Assembly (NCBI GenBank): GCA_038087875.1
Contig: JAXLNO010000297.1
Span: 62,001 to 117,526, forward strand
Source of the DNA: Malacoraja senta
Lineage: Eukaryota
Direction of reading: 5' to 3'
DNA: 55,526 bases
The notes under the pieces are model-generated. The model was given only the letters and a program-made list of their open reading frames with translations, was not told the origin of the DNA and did no database searches. The position numbers were made by a program, and so were the translations under genes. Shown here in pieces: positions 11,970-22,270 of the stretch; the first letter of the stretch is position 1, and every line of letters starts with the position of its first letter.

Positions 11970-12170
11970 ATAATGCCTGAAGGAGGGGCTCGATCCTAAA
12001 CGTCGCCTAGCAATTTCCTCCATAGATAGATACAAAATGCTGGAGTAACTCAGCGGGTCAGGCAGCATCTCTGGAGAGAAGGAATAGGTGACGTTTTGGG
12101 TCGAGATCCTTCTTCGGACCCTCCATAGATCCAGCCTGACCTGCTGAGTTCTCCAGCACTTTGTTTTGCT
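11970..12170. mobile_element. Penelope pLTR-derived fragments in both orientations
   Basis: aaaatgctggagtaactcagcgggtcaggcagcatc...gacgttttgggtcgagatccttcttcgga resembles 36600-36695. Degenerate hammerhead cores. Confidence 0.75.
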
Positions 12171-12562
12171 CTTAAAATAAATCTGTGGTCCGCTGAAGAA
12201 ACAACACGATAGACCACTCTGGAAGTGCAAGTTTTGCTGTACACTTCATACAGTAGAACACATCATAATACACCCTGAGTGATTTAATGTGGTAAGATTA
12301 TTATTTTTTAATCTGTTTTTTAGAATTAATCGATACCCACCCCTATGTACCTTATATCAGATTTAAATCGGAATTCCGTTTTTTTTGTTTTCCTATTTGT
12401 CAATTTTTTGTGCCCGATTATATGGCGGCCAATCAACCGCTGTCTCTATTTTTGGAGCTGATCTTTGATTCTTCGGTGTATGAATGTTACTTGCCACTGT
12501 TCAGCCTACGCTGAATGTCGTCCAGATTCAGCTGAATGCTGGACATGAACTATTTTATTTCC

Positions 12563-12812
12563 TAAAGATTATAGAGTGATACAGCGTGGAAACAGGCCCT
12601 TCTGCCCAACTTGCTTACAGCGGCCAAAATGTCCCAGCTAAATTAATCCCACCTGCCTGCATTTGGTCCTTATCCCTCCAAACCTGTCCTATCCATGTAC
12701 CTGTCTAACTGTTTCTTAATTGTTGGAATAGTCTCAGCCTCAACTACCTCTTCTGGCAGCTCGTTCCATACACCCAGCACCCTTTGTGTGATAAAGTTAC
12801 CCCTCAGATTCC
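12563..12812 (-). mobile_element. CR1 LINE 3' end fragment
   Basis: NFITQRVLGVWNELPEEVVEA.TI.TIKKQLDRYMD plus the CR1 tail gaagggcctgtttccacgctgtatcactcta. Confidence 0.85.
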
Positions 12813-12822
12813 TAGGAGAGTG

Positions 12823-13233
12823 ACACCACATTTTGGGAGGCGCACACCACATTTTAGGAGGCGCACACCACATTTTAGGAGGCAGACACCACATTTTAGG
12901 AGGCAGACACCACATTTTAGGAGGCAGACACCACATTTTAGGAGGCAGACACCACATTTTAGGAGGCAGACACCACATTTTAGGAGGCAGACACCACATT
13001 TTAGGAGGCAGACACCACATTTTAGGAGGCAGACACCACATTTTAGGAGGCAGACACCACATTTTAGGAGGCAGACACCACATTTTAGGAGGCAGACACC
13101 ACATTTTAGGAGGCAGACACCACATTTTAGGAGGCAGACACCACATTTTAGGAGGCAGACACCACATTTTAGGAGGCAGACACCACATTTTAGGAGGCAG
13201 ACACCACATTTTAGGAGGCACACACCACATTTT
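12823..13233. repeat. 21-bp minisatellite (GACACCACATTTTAGGAGGCA), about 19 copies
   Basis: Near-perfect head-to-tail units with no spacers. Confidence 0.97.
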
Positions 13234-13284
13234 CTCCTTTGATAATAATTTTACAGTAACTTGCATTTTGTGGACTTAAATAAA

Positions 13285-13582
13285 GGTGGCACGTGGGTGT
13301 AGCGGTAGAGCTACAGCCTTACTGCGCCAGAGACCTGGGTTCGATCCTGACTACGGATGCTTGTCCGTACAGAGTTTGTACCTTTTCCCCGTGACCTGCG
13401 TGGGCTTTCTCCTAGATCTTCGGTTTCCTCCCAAACTCCAAAGATGTACATGTTTGTAGGTTAGCTGGCTTGGTATAAATGTAAAAATTGTATCTAGTGT
13501 GTTGATGTGCGGGGATTGCTGGTTTGTGCGGACGCAGTGGGGCGAAGGGCCTGTTTCTGTGCTGTATCTCTAAACTAAACTT
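13285..13582 (+). mobile_element. tRNA-derived SINE (HE1 / V-SINE-like) with CR1-type tail
   Basis: tRNA head with box A (ggtgtagcggtagagc) and box B (ggttcgatcc). Central domain gagtttgtac..tccccgtgacctgcgtggg. Tail gaagggcctgtttctgtgctgtatctctaaactaaac. Confidence 0.88.
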
Positions 13583-13764
13583 AGCTCTGCACAAGGAAGT
13601 CTATTGTGTTTGTGTGTGAAAGGTTTCAGATTTGCAGCAACTAAATTAAAATCCTTTTTAACATTCAAATTAATGCTGACAACACTCAACCAGATATTCT
13701 CTCTTTTGTACGCTAACTCAGCACCACCGGAGATTCAACACATCACAGTTTTCTTAACCAAAAA

Positions 13765-14118
13765 TAATTTCATTATTTACAATAATATGTACAGTACAAA
13801 ATAAATCAAATCAAAACCCACCACGATAATACAGGTCAAACAAATATACTGAATAAACTACTATACAACTATCACTATCCTTATTGAGGGTGCATTCCTC
13901 ATCCCGTGGTGCTCAGAGGTCCCGGAAATCCCCCAGCGCACCTGTGGACAACGGGTATTCCTTTTCTAAAACCACCCGGGCATGCACGTGATGCCGGAAA
14001 AGGGGCAGGAATCTGGCTTGTGCAGAGCCCTCTTCCGCCAGGTGCTGGGCCTTGTGGATGGCCAGCTTGGCCAGGCCTATGAGCAATCCAACTAGGGCCC
14101 TACGCAAAGGGTGTCCGA
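13765..14118 (-). mobile_element. Tx1-clade LINE 3' fragment
   Basis: FGHP...LLIGLAKLAIHK...LFRHHVHARVVLEKEY...FRD C-terminal motif followed by a 3' UTR. Confidence 0.65.
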
Positions 14119-14122
14119 AGAT

Positions 14123-14625
14123 GATAATAATAATAATAATACATTTATTTTGTATAGCGCTTTTCAAGAACTCAAAGTCGCTTTACATGGAGAGTTAAGA
14201 ACAAAACAAAATAGAGCAGTAAGACAGAGATGCAAAATAGGGGAGGGGGACATGGGACTAAGGGTATGCAGAGGTGAAGAGATGGGTCTTGAGGCGGGAC
14301 TGGAGGATGGTGAGGGACTCAGAATTTCGGATCAATTGTGGGAGGGAGTTCCAGAGCCTGGGAGCTGCCCTGGAGAAGGCTCTGTCTCCAAAAGTGCAGA
14401 GGTTGGATTTTGGAATGGAGAGGAGACCGGCTGATGTGGATCTGAGGGACCGTGAGGGTTGGTAGGGGTAGAGGAGGTCAGTGAGATAAGGGGGGGCCAA
14501 GTGGTTGAGGGCTTTGTAGGTGAGGACCAGGATTTTGTAGATGATCCGGTGGGAGATGGGAGGCCAGTGAAGTTCTTTGAGAACTGGGGTGATGTGGTGC
14601 CAGGATTTGGTGTGGGTGATGAGTC
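14123..14625 (-). mobile_element. L2 LINE 3' fragment
   Basis: HITPVLKELHW.PI..RI.YKILVLTYKALNHLAPPYL...PSRSLRS...GDRAFS.AAPRLWNSLP. Tail aagcgactttgag..aaaagcgctata..(TAT)n. Confidence 0.92.
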
Positions 14626-14669
14626 GTGGTGGGTGTAAGATGGTGAGATGAGGATGGTGGGTGTAAAGT

Positions 14670-15790
14670 GCAGCCAGAAGGAAAGGAGCAACCCCTTTCG
14701 GTATTGGAACAGGGGCTGCAACCTTACATACTCCATGTGGTATTATCGGCATTTTATAGATTGCATTGGAGCTATGTGGTTGATTGGTGTAATGAGCAGG
14801 GCAGGGGTCTCCGCATGCAGTCTTGAGGAACATCTGTGTTGATGGTCAACAAGGAGGTGATGCCGTTACTGATGTGTACTGATAAAGGTCTGCCAATGAG
14901 GATGTCAAGGATCCAGTTACTTAGGGAGGTACAGAGGCCTGTCCTGGAGCTTGCTGACAAGTCTCGAGGATAGTGTTGAACACAGCTGGTCAATGAATGG
15001 AAACCTGACGTATGTGTTCTTGCTACCCAGATGGTTCAGCGCAGAGTGGAGAGCCAGTGAGGTAGCATCTGCTGCTGACCTGATCTGGCATTAGACACAT
15101 TTAATTTGATCCAGGAGGCTGGAGTTCATTCACCCCATAATCAACCTCTCACCCACTTCATTACAGTGGAAGCAATTATTGAGGAAGGTCATCGCAGTTG
15201 TCTTGGACTCCAGTACAATAGATGCCTTTTGAAGCATGTGGCAACCTCAGCCAGATATCCAAGAGGTAGAAAATGTCCTTGAATGCTCTAGCCAGTCGGT
15301 GGACACAGATCTTCGTACTAAACCTGGTAAGCCGTCTGGGCTGGACGCCGTTCGTGGATTCAACCTCTTGGAAGATGCTCTAACATCAGCTTCAGAGGCA
15401 GAGAGCATAAGGCCTTCAGGGACTGTTGGTGCCCGGGAAGATGTGTCATTGTTCTCCCTTTCAAAGTGTGCATAAAATGCTCAGTTCAACTGGAAGAGAT
15501 GCATCATTGCCACTTATGCAAGCCCTGCTGCAGCTGTCTAGCTTGCATCTGTGACTCCAACTTAGTTCAAAATTGCCACTTAGTTCTCTTGGTGGTAGTG
15601 TTCAGGAAGTCGTACCTGGACATCTTGTGTGATACTGGATTGCCAGTCTTAAACGCCACAAAAAGCTCAGCAGAATATACGTCCCCCGGATCATCCATGA
15701 CTTCTGAGTTTTTGTAGGTGCACATTCGTCCAAACATTTTTTTATGAAGTCGGTCATAACTGACAGGTTCGCTGGCAAATCCTTGACCAT
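14670..15790 (-). mobile_element. Degraded Rex1/Babar LINE
   Basis: LSNWILDILIGRPLSV.ISN..TSLLTINTDVPQ and VMTDFIKKCLDECAPTKT; heavily decayed. Confidence 0.65.
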
Positions 15791-15808
15791 AGTCCTGACC
15801 CTCAACTA

Positions 15809-16048
15809 CAGTGCCCTCCATAATGTTTGGGACAAAGACCAATCATTTATTTATTTGCCTCTGTACTCCACAATTTGAGATTTGTAATAGAAAAAAATCA
15901 CATGTGGTTAAAGTGCACATTGTCAGATTTTAATAAAGGCCATTTTTATACATTTTGGTTTCACCATGTAGAAATTACGGCAGTGCTTATACATATTCCC
16001 CAATTTCAGGGAAGCAGAATGTTTGGAACACAGCAATGTCATGTAAAC
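15809..16048 (+). mobile_element. Tc1/mariner terminal fragment
   Basis: TA|CAGTGCCCTCCATAATGTTTGGGACA start, with the inner direct repeat atgtttggaaca at ~16019-16030. Confidence 0.65.
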
Positions 16049-16470
16049 AGGCATGAGACAGGATAAAACTGAAAAAAGAGGGGGATTTACCTCCTGGTAG
16101 GGTTCCAAGGGGCAATGCCCTTGGCGTGCGTAAAAGGGGGCATTGCCCTTTTATGCAGAATTTTTTTGATAAATGTACCTTGAAATTACACTGTTTTCTT
16201 GCCTGTTTACCCTTAATTTATACTGTAATTTTTTTATTGAACCTTAAAATGACACATTTTACTTGCTTGTCACTTTTTAATTTACACAGAAAATTTATGA
16301 TAATCATACCTTAAAATAACACCAACTCCGTGCTTGTTTACACTAAAGTCATATTAAAAATATTTTATATTACACCTACTTGTAACATGGTACCTGTACT
16401 GTGCTTGATTACTCTAATTAGGGAGGTATCCTTTACACAGGAAATATTTGATAATTTTTTAATAATTATA
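16049..16470. mobile_element. Unclassified repeat (DNA-transposon-like) with internal repeats; continues at 33177-33229
   Basis: The unit accttgaaat.acac..ttttcttgc.tgtttac.cttaattta.a recurs at ~16177, ~16241, ~16308 and 33180. Confidence 0.45.
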
Positions 16471-17439
16471 GACAATGGGTGCTGGAGTACGCCATTGGGC
16501 CCTTCGAGCCAGCAATGTGATCATGGCTGATCATCCACATTCAGTACCCCGTTCCTGCCTTCTCCCCATATCCCCTGACTCCGCTATCTTTAAGAGCCCT
16601 ATCTCGCTCTCTCTCGAAAGTATCCAGAGAACTGGCCTCCATCGCACTCTGAGGCAGAGAATTCCACGGACTCACAACTCTGTGTGAGAAATTGTTTCCT
16701 TATCTCCTTTCTAAGTGGCTTACCCCTTAGTCTTAAACTGTGGCCCCTGGTTCTGGACTCCCCGAACATCGGGAACATGTTTCCGGCCTCAAGCGTGTCC
16801 AAATCCTTAATCATATGTTTCAATAAAATATCCTCTCATCCTTCTAAACTCCAGAGTGTACAAGCCAAGCCGCTTCATTCTCACAGCATATGACAGCCCC
16901 GCTATCCCGTGAATTAACCGTGTGAACTCCCTCAATAGCACGAATGTCCTTCCACAAATCTGCGGTCAAAACTGCACACAATACTCCAGGTGTGGTCTCA
17001 CTAGGGGCCTGTACAACTGCAGAAGGACCTCTTTGCTCCTTTACTCAACTCCTTGTTATGAAGGCCAACATGCCACAGCGGTGGAAATCCCGGGGGGGCT
17101 GGGGAGGAACGTGTCCCCTCCATGTTTTCAGAGGTGCGGGACGGTCCCCCCGACATTACAAGCTTTGTAAGGTATTGTGTCGGGTTTAATGAGTAGTCGT
17201 TCGGTTCGAGTCGTTCGATTTGAGTAGTTCGTCCATCACTTCATTCCTCTGACTCACAAAAACGATGTGTTAACTGTCACTGTCACTGTTAACTGCTACA
17301 TCGCTATCCATTCCTTAATCGTTAGTGAATATAATTGTGTGAACTGGCCTTGCTTCGAGTATTTTGCGTTCCTTTGAATAAAATTAACGGGAGATGTCAT
17401 TAAAACTGTCAGATGCGGGTACAATTATAATTTGTACTT

Positions 17440-17538
17440 TGGAGGTAGACAAATGCTGGAGGAACTCAGCGGGTGAGGCGGCATTTACGTAGAGAAGGAA
17501 TAGACGACATTTCGGGTCGAGACCCTTCTTCAGACCCT
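17440..17538 (-). mobile_element. Penelope pLTR fragment with hammerhead motif
   Basis: Minus strand reads CTGAAGA AGGGTC TC GACCC GAAATGTC. Confidence 0.75.
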
Positions 17539-18435
17539 TTGTGAACTTCGAAATGTCTGACGGTCCAATGCGGAGATGTTCGAAGAGAAGGCATCCAGTC
17601 AATACTTTATCTCAAAAGGAGACAAAAAGAAGACTACATTCATTTTTCGTGCGGATGCCACTTTCCAAAAGGTATCTTTTAAGTGCTGATCTTTTTTCAT
17701 TTCCTATCTTTTATCATTTCACTTTTTTATATTTTGTATGAATATTATTGCATGGAAGAAACGACAGAAAATCTACCATATCATGAGCGTGCAGCCCGTT
17801 CTTATTCAGTGATATCATGAAAGAATGTTACTTAATCATATACTTTACCTGGGACTTGCACGTATTTAGGTTAGATTCAGTAAGATTCAGTCTAATTTTC
17901 ATCAATTTCACCTCATTCTAGTTCTAGTTAGCTAATCACGAGATCCAACATCATATTGTTTTAGCATGATTTTGCAGTATCAATTGCAGTATCTAATGTT
18001 TATCTCTTGATGAAATACTGTGTTAGAAAGCGATATAAACATCTTAAGGCTATCAGAAGTATGAAAGACCAAAATTCGTGCAAATTGATTTACTACAACA
18101 TTTTTTGTGACATTTATGCCAAACTGCAGTTTAAATCACCTTTGATGAGAGTTGTTTACTATCTTGAATGATTGAATTTTTTGTATCAATTATTGTTCAT
18201 CTACTTCCACTCACAGTCCAGGCAGTGCGGACTTGTCATCCTATGCTACCAGTACCAGTCCACTCATGACAACTACAAACAGACCAGAAAGTCCGGTTAC
18301 TACATCTGCTACTAGTCCCATCAAGACATCTCCAATCAGATCAGGAAGTCCAGGCGTGACATCTCCACCGAGACGAGAAAGTCCATTCATGACATCTACC
18401 AGACCAGGAAATCCAGCCATGACATCTTCTGCTAC

Positions 18436-18492
18436 TTTGAGTCCTGAAAAGCGCTATATAAAAAATAAAAAAATAAATCTATTATTATTACT
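18436..18492 (+). mobile_element. Extremely 5'-truncated L2 tail
   Basis: tttgagtcctgaaaagcgctatata...ctattattatta; the same tail occurs inverted at 22213-22270. Confidence 0.7.
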
Positions 18493-18559
18493 ACACCACC
18501 AAGTAGTCCCGTTTTGTCATCTTCAGCTACCAGACCGTCAACTACCAGACCAGACACTC

Positions 18560-18697
18560 TTCTTCTTCTTTCGTGTGGCGTGCACAGCCTAAAGTTGTTG
18601 GACAACTTGTTCTATTTGATCTTCCGTTTGTGCACGTCGAGTTGATTGCATTAGTCGAAACAGGGCGGACCACGTGAAGGTTGCAATCTTCCACCCC
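18560..18697 (-). mobile_element. 138-bp ribozyme-headed short retroelement, copy 1
   Basis: 11-bp TSD ACCAGACACTC (18549-18559, 18698-18708). (AAG)n tail. Homologous to 39532-39667. Confidence 0.9.
18644..18697 (-). ncRNA. Minimal HDV-like self-cleaving ribozyme (54 nt)
   Basis: P1 GGGGTGG/CCGCCCT with G1-U wobble, P2 GATTGCA/TGCAATC, P3 ACC/GGT, L3 TTCACGT, mini-P4 TTTCGA, J4/2 CTAA carrying the putative catalytic C. Confidence 0.8.
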
Positions 18698-21600
18698 ACC
18701 AGACACTCCAGTGTTGACCAGTGGTAGTCCATGTGGAAATGAAGTTTCCCAGCTGATAATTCTTTGTCCTCGTCATACAGGAATGATGAACCACCTAGTT
18801 CCATACATGTAGGGACTTCTTTGACATCTTCCTCTGCAGGAGCTCCACTGACACTTTCATTGCCAAAGAAACCCAACCATTCTAGAGACCTTTCTTCTTT
18901 GCCAACACAGAAATTGAAATGTAGATCTCTTAAGTTTCAGGCAAATTGGATTAAAGAGTTTCCATGGCTCTATATTGAATCTAATGTGGATGGTGTATTG
19001 TGCCATACCTGTGCAGTAGCAGTAGAACAAGACGATGAAAATGTCAAAAAATTCAAGGAGCAAACATTTATCTCATGCAGTTTTAAGAACTGGAAAAGAG
19101 GCATTGAAAAATTCCAAGTTCATCAAAAGTCTGAATGTCACAAAATTGCCAGTGTAAACTTGCTTAACCGCAACAAGGCATGTTGACATTAATGCCCAGC
19201 TGAGCAAACAATTATGCCAAGGACAGGTATTTGCCCAGAGATCTCTAAGGCAGATAATTGAAATGCTGCAGTATCTGACCCAGCAAGGTCTGCCGTTACG
19301 TGGGAAAGATGACTGATGTCAACTTTACAACACTGCTTCAACTCCTCTCATCTCGTGACAGGGACCTTACGACATGGCTGCAGAAGAAAATAAACTATAC
19401 TTCCGGAGCATGCCAAAATGAGATTCTCCAACTTCTAAGTCATCATATACTCAGAAGCATTTGTAAAGACATTCAATCAACAACATTATTCGGTATTATT
19501 GTTGATGAGACTCAGGACTGCACAAGCACTGAACAAGAGTCATTCTGCGTTCGGTTTGTGAATCAAGTATTTGACGTTAAGGAAGAGTTTGTGGGACTGT
19601 ATCAGGTGAACTCCACTACTGGATCAGCCCTTGCGAGGATGATCGCCGACACGCTTACAAGGTTGCAGCTGCCAATCAATAACTTAAGGGCCCAGGCATA
19701 TGACGGGGCAGGAAACATGTCCGGGAAATTTTCTGGGTGCCAGGCGGAAATTAAGAAAATGCAGCCGTTGGCCTGCTACACCCACTGTGGTGCGCATGTC
19801 TCCCATCTCATTGCTAGCAAGGCAATACAAAGCTCATCATTTGTGAGAAATGCTCAGGACTACTTACACAAACTAGGAAAACTCTACAAAAGTTCTGGCA
19901 AGTTTAAGCACTTGTATTTGAAGTTGCATGCAGAAGAAAGTGAAGTCAAATCACCGAAGCCCATTTGTCCAACACGGTGGCTCACTAGATCAGCTGCTAT
20001 TAAGGCACTCCTAGATAATTACAGGGACATTTTAGAGGCAATCAAAGAAGCATCAACGGAATTTGAGATAAATGTCTCTTCTCATGCGAATGGAATCAGC
20101 AAATGTCTGTCTTAAAGCAAGTGTGTCCTTGGATAGTTTTTGCTCTACCAGTAATCCAATGCCTGGAGAAATTCAATCGTGCCTTGCAGGGGCCAAGTAT
20201 GAGCATTCCAGGAATAATGGCACCAGCTGAAGTTGTGAAAAAGGAATTACAACACCTTCGGTCAGATGAAGTCTTCAAGAACATGTTTGCATCCGCTGAG
20301 CGAAAAGTGGAGGATTTGGATCTCGATCCTTTTGTTGAATACCATCAGAAAACATGTACAAAGTACAGTAGTGGAACACAAGAGCATGTTGCCCAGTCCA
20401 GTGAAGATCTGTGGCGAGTAGAATGTTTTCGAGTCATAGACTCTGCTATGTGCAATTTACATGAATACTTCACATCCACAGACGTGATGGAACAAAATAA
20501 ACTTGCTTCAATGCTTCTAACGGGTGTCTTTCACCAGGATTTGGTAGACAGGTATCCTGAACACTTCTCCATGAACTTGACTTTTTCAGGAAACAGTTCC
20601 CACGGTCAACTATTGAGGAGTACAGGCAGCTTTTCAAAGCCGCATTAAAACATGGCTTCGCAACACCATGTCTCCGAAGAGGCTGAACAATCTCATGATA
20701 TGCAATGTGCACAAGGAGCGGCTAGTAAAAGTGGATTCTCGCATCAGCTGAGGAATTTGTAAACAATAATTCAGATTCCAGACGGCGTGTATTTGGAAGG
20801 TTTCACTTGGCATAAATATAACGCCATTGTCAGGGAATGGAATAATCAAGGTTACATAATGGGTGGAACTAAATACCAGTGTTGTAAATAAAGTGTAATG
20901 TAACTAAGTGTTAATAATACTAATAAAGTGGTGCTAAATACCAATTCTTGTGAATCAAACTTTCATTGCAATCCTTTTTACAATTTTTTAACATTTTATG
21001 AGGGCAATAAAACCCTAGAATTTAAATTTGTGTGAACTACATTTCTAATTTCTTTATTAGAGAAATCCATACATTTTATTTTTTTACTTGTGTCTCATTT
21101 ATCTTAATAAATGTTGAAATCAGATATTGGCGTTGCATGAAGGAATAGACAAAAATTGAATACAATGTGAATTCAGATTGTGTCTTGAAGTTATGAATGT
21201 ATGATTTCCATCATGAATCATTTCCAAATAGAGGGAGGGAATCTCCACCTGTAGATTGAATTGAATTGAACTTCATTTATTGTTATTCTAACAAGTTTGA
21301 ACAAAATTTTGTGCATGACAGTAACAAAAGCAACAAAACACACAATTACAGAGACCAAATGCTTTCTTCAGATTATAAAGCAATTTTATTAACTAATTGA
21401 CACCCTCTATTTTTACAGCTGGCAATTGGGGGAAAAAATGTTTAATACATCCAAGAATACAAAGTTTTAGGTTGCATATAATGCAGATCATTTATATATT
21501 GCTTGATTTTAATAGCTCGGTTTCCATACTACAACAACCACAGATTAAAAAAACACTGGACATGATGCTGGGCGACATAATATAGGGCAGGACACTTTCA

Positions 21601-22212
21601 AGCTGCTTGAAAGTGTCCTGTCCTATATAATGATGTCCAGTTTTTTTAAATCTGTGGTATAGATCTGCACTAGTTGACTCATTCCAATGGTAATGGCCCC
21701 GTAGTAGAAGCATCCACGTCGCGGGGCTGGAAACTGGAAGAATCCTGAGCTAATTACCATCCACAGGGCCCACGGCTGAAGCCTCGCGTGTGTGTGAGTG
21801 CGCATGCGCGCGCGGCAGCCAAGAAATTGTGTCCCCTCGGTCCCCCCCATGTTTTGATAGGGATTTCCGTGTCTGACATGCCATTCGCTTTCTTCAGTGC
21901 CTGGTGTACCTGCATGCTAACTTTCATTGACTGATGAACAAAGACCCCCAGATCCCATTGTACTTCCCCTTTTCCCAACTTGACACCGTTTAGATAATCT
22001 GCCTTCCTGTTTTTGCTACCAAAGTGGATAACCTCACATTTAACCACATTAAACTGCATCTGCCATGCATCTGCCCACTTACCCAACATGTCCAAGCCAC
22101 CCTGCATTCTCATAGCATCCTCCTCACATTTCAAACTGCCACCCATTTTTGTGTCATCTGCAAATTTGTTAGTGTTACTTTGAAACCCTTCATCTAAATC
22201 ATTGATGTATAT

Positions 22213-22270
22213 TAATAATAATAATAATAATAATAGATTTTATTTATATAGCGCTTTTCAGGACTCAAAG
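22213..22270 (-). mobile_element. Extremely 5'-truncated L2 tail inserted in CR1
   Basis: Minus strand reads ctttgagtcctgaaaagcgctatataaataaaatctattattatt... Confidence 0.75.

Larger units (their letters stand above)
17553..20720 (+). pseudogene. Spliced hAT transposase (TTF zinc finger + DUF4371 + DDE), disrupted
   Basis: Exon 17553-17671 (AAG|gtatct) joins in frame to the acceptor at 18217. Motifs FQANW..EFPWL, LCHTC, WKRGIEKF..HQ.SECH, VDETQD, AYDGAGNMSG, HCGAH, PTRWL. Confidence 0.85.
17076..21875 (+). mobile_element. hAT DNA transposon (ZMYM1/Tip100-like), 4.8 kb
   Basis: 8-bp TSD ACATGCCA (17068-17075, 21876-21883). Imperfect TIRs CAGCGGTGGAAATCCC / GGGATTTCCGTGTCTG. Confidence 0.93.

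Noticed and set aside
12823..13233. CRISPR array or repeat protein (MWCLPPK)n
   Set aside because: Units are contiguous with no spacers and the context is eukaryotic. The ORFs are artefacts of a stop-free 21-bp unit.
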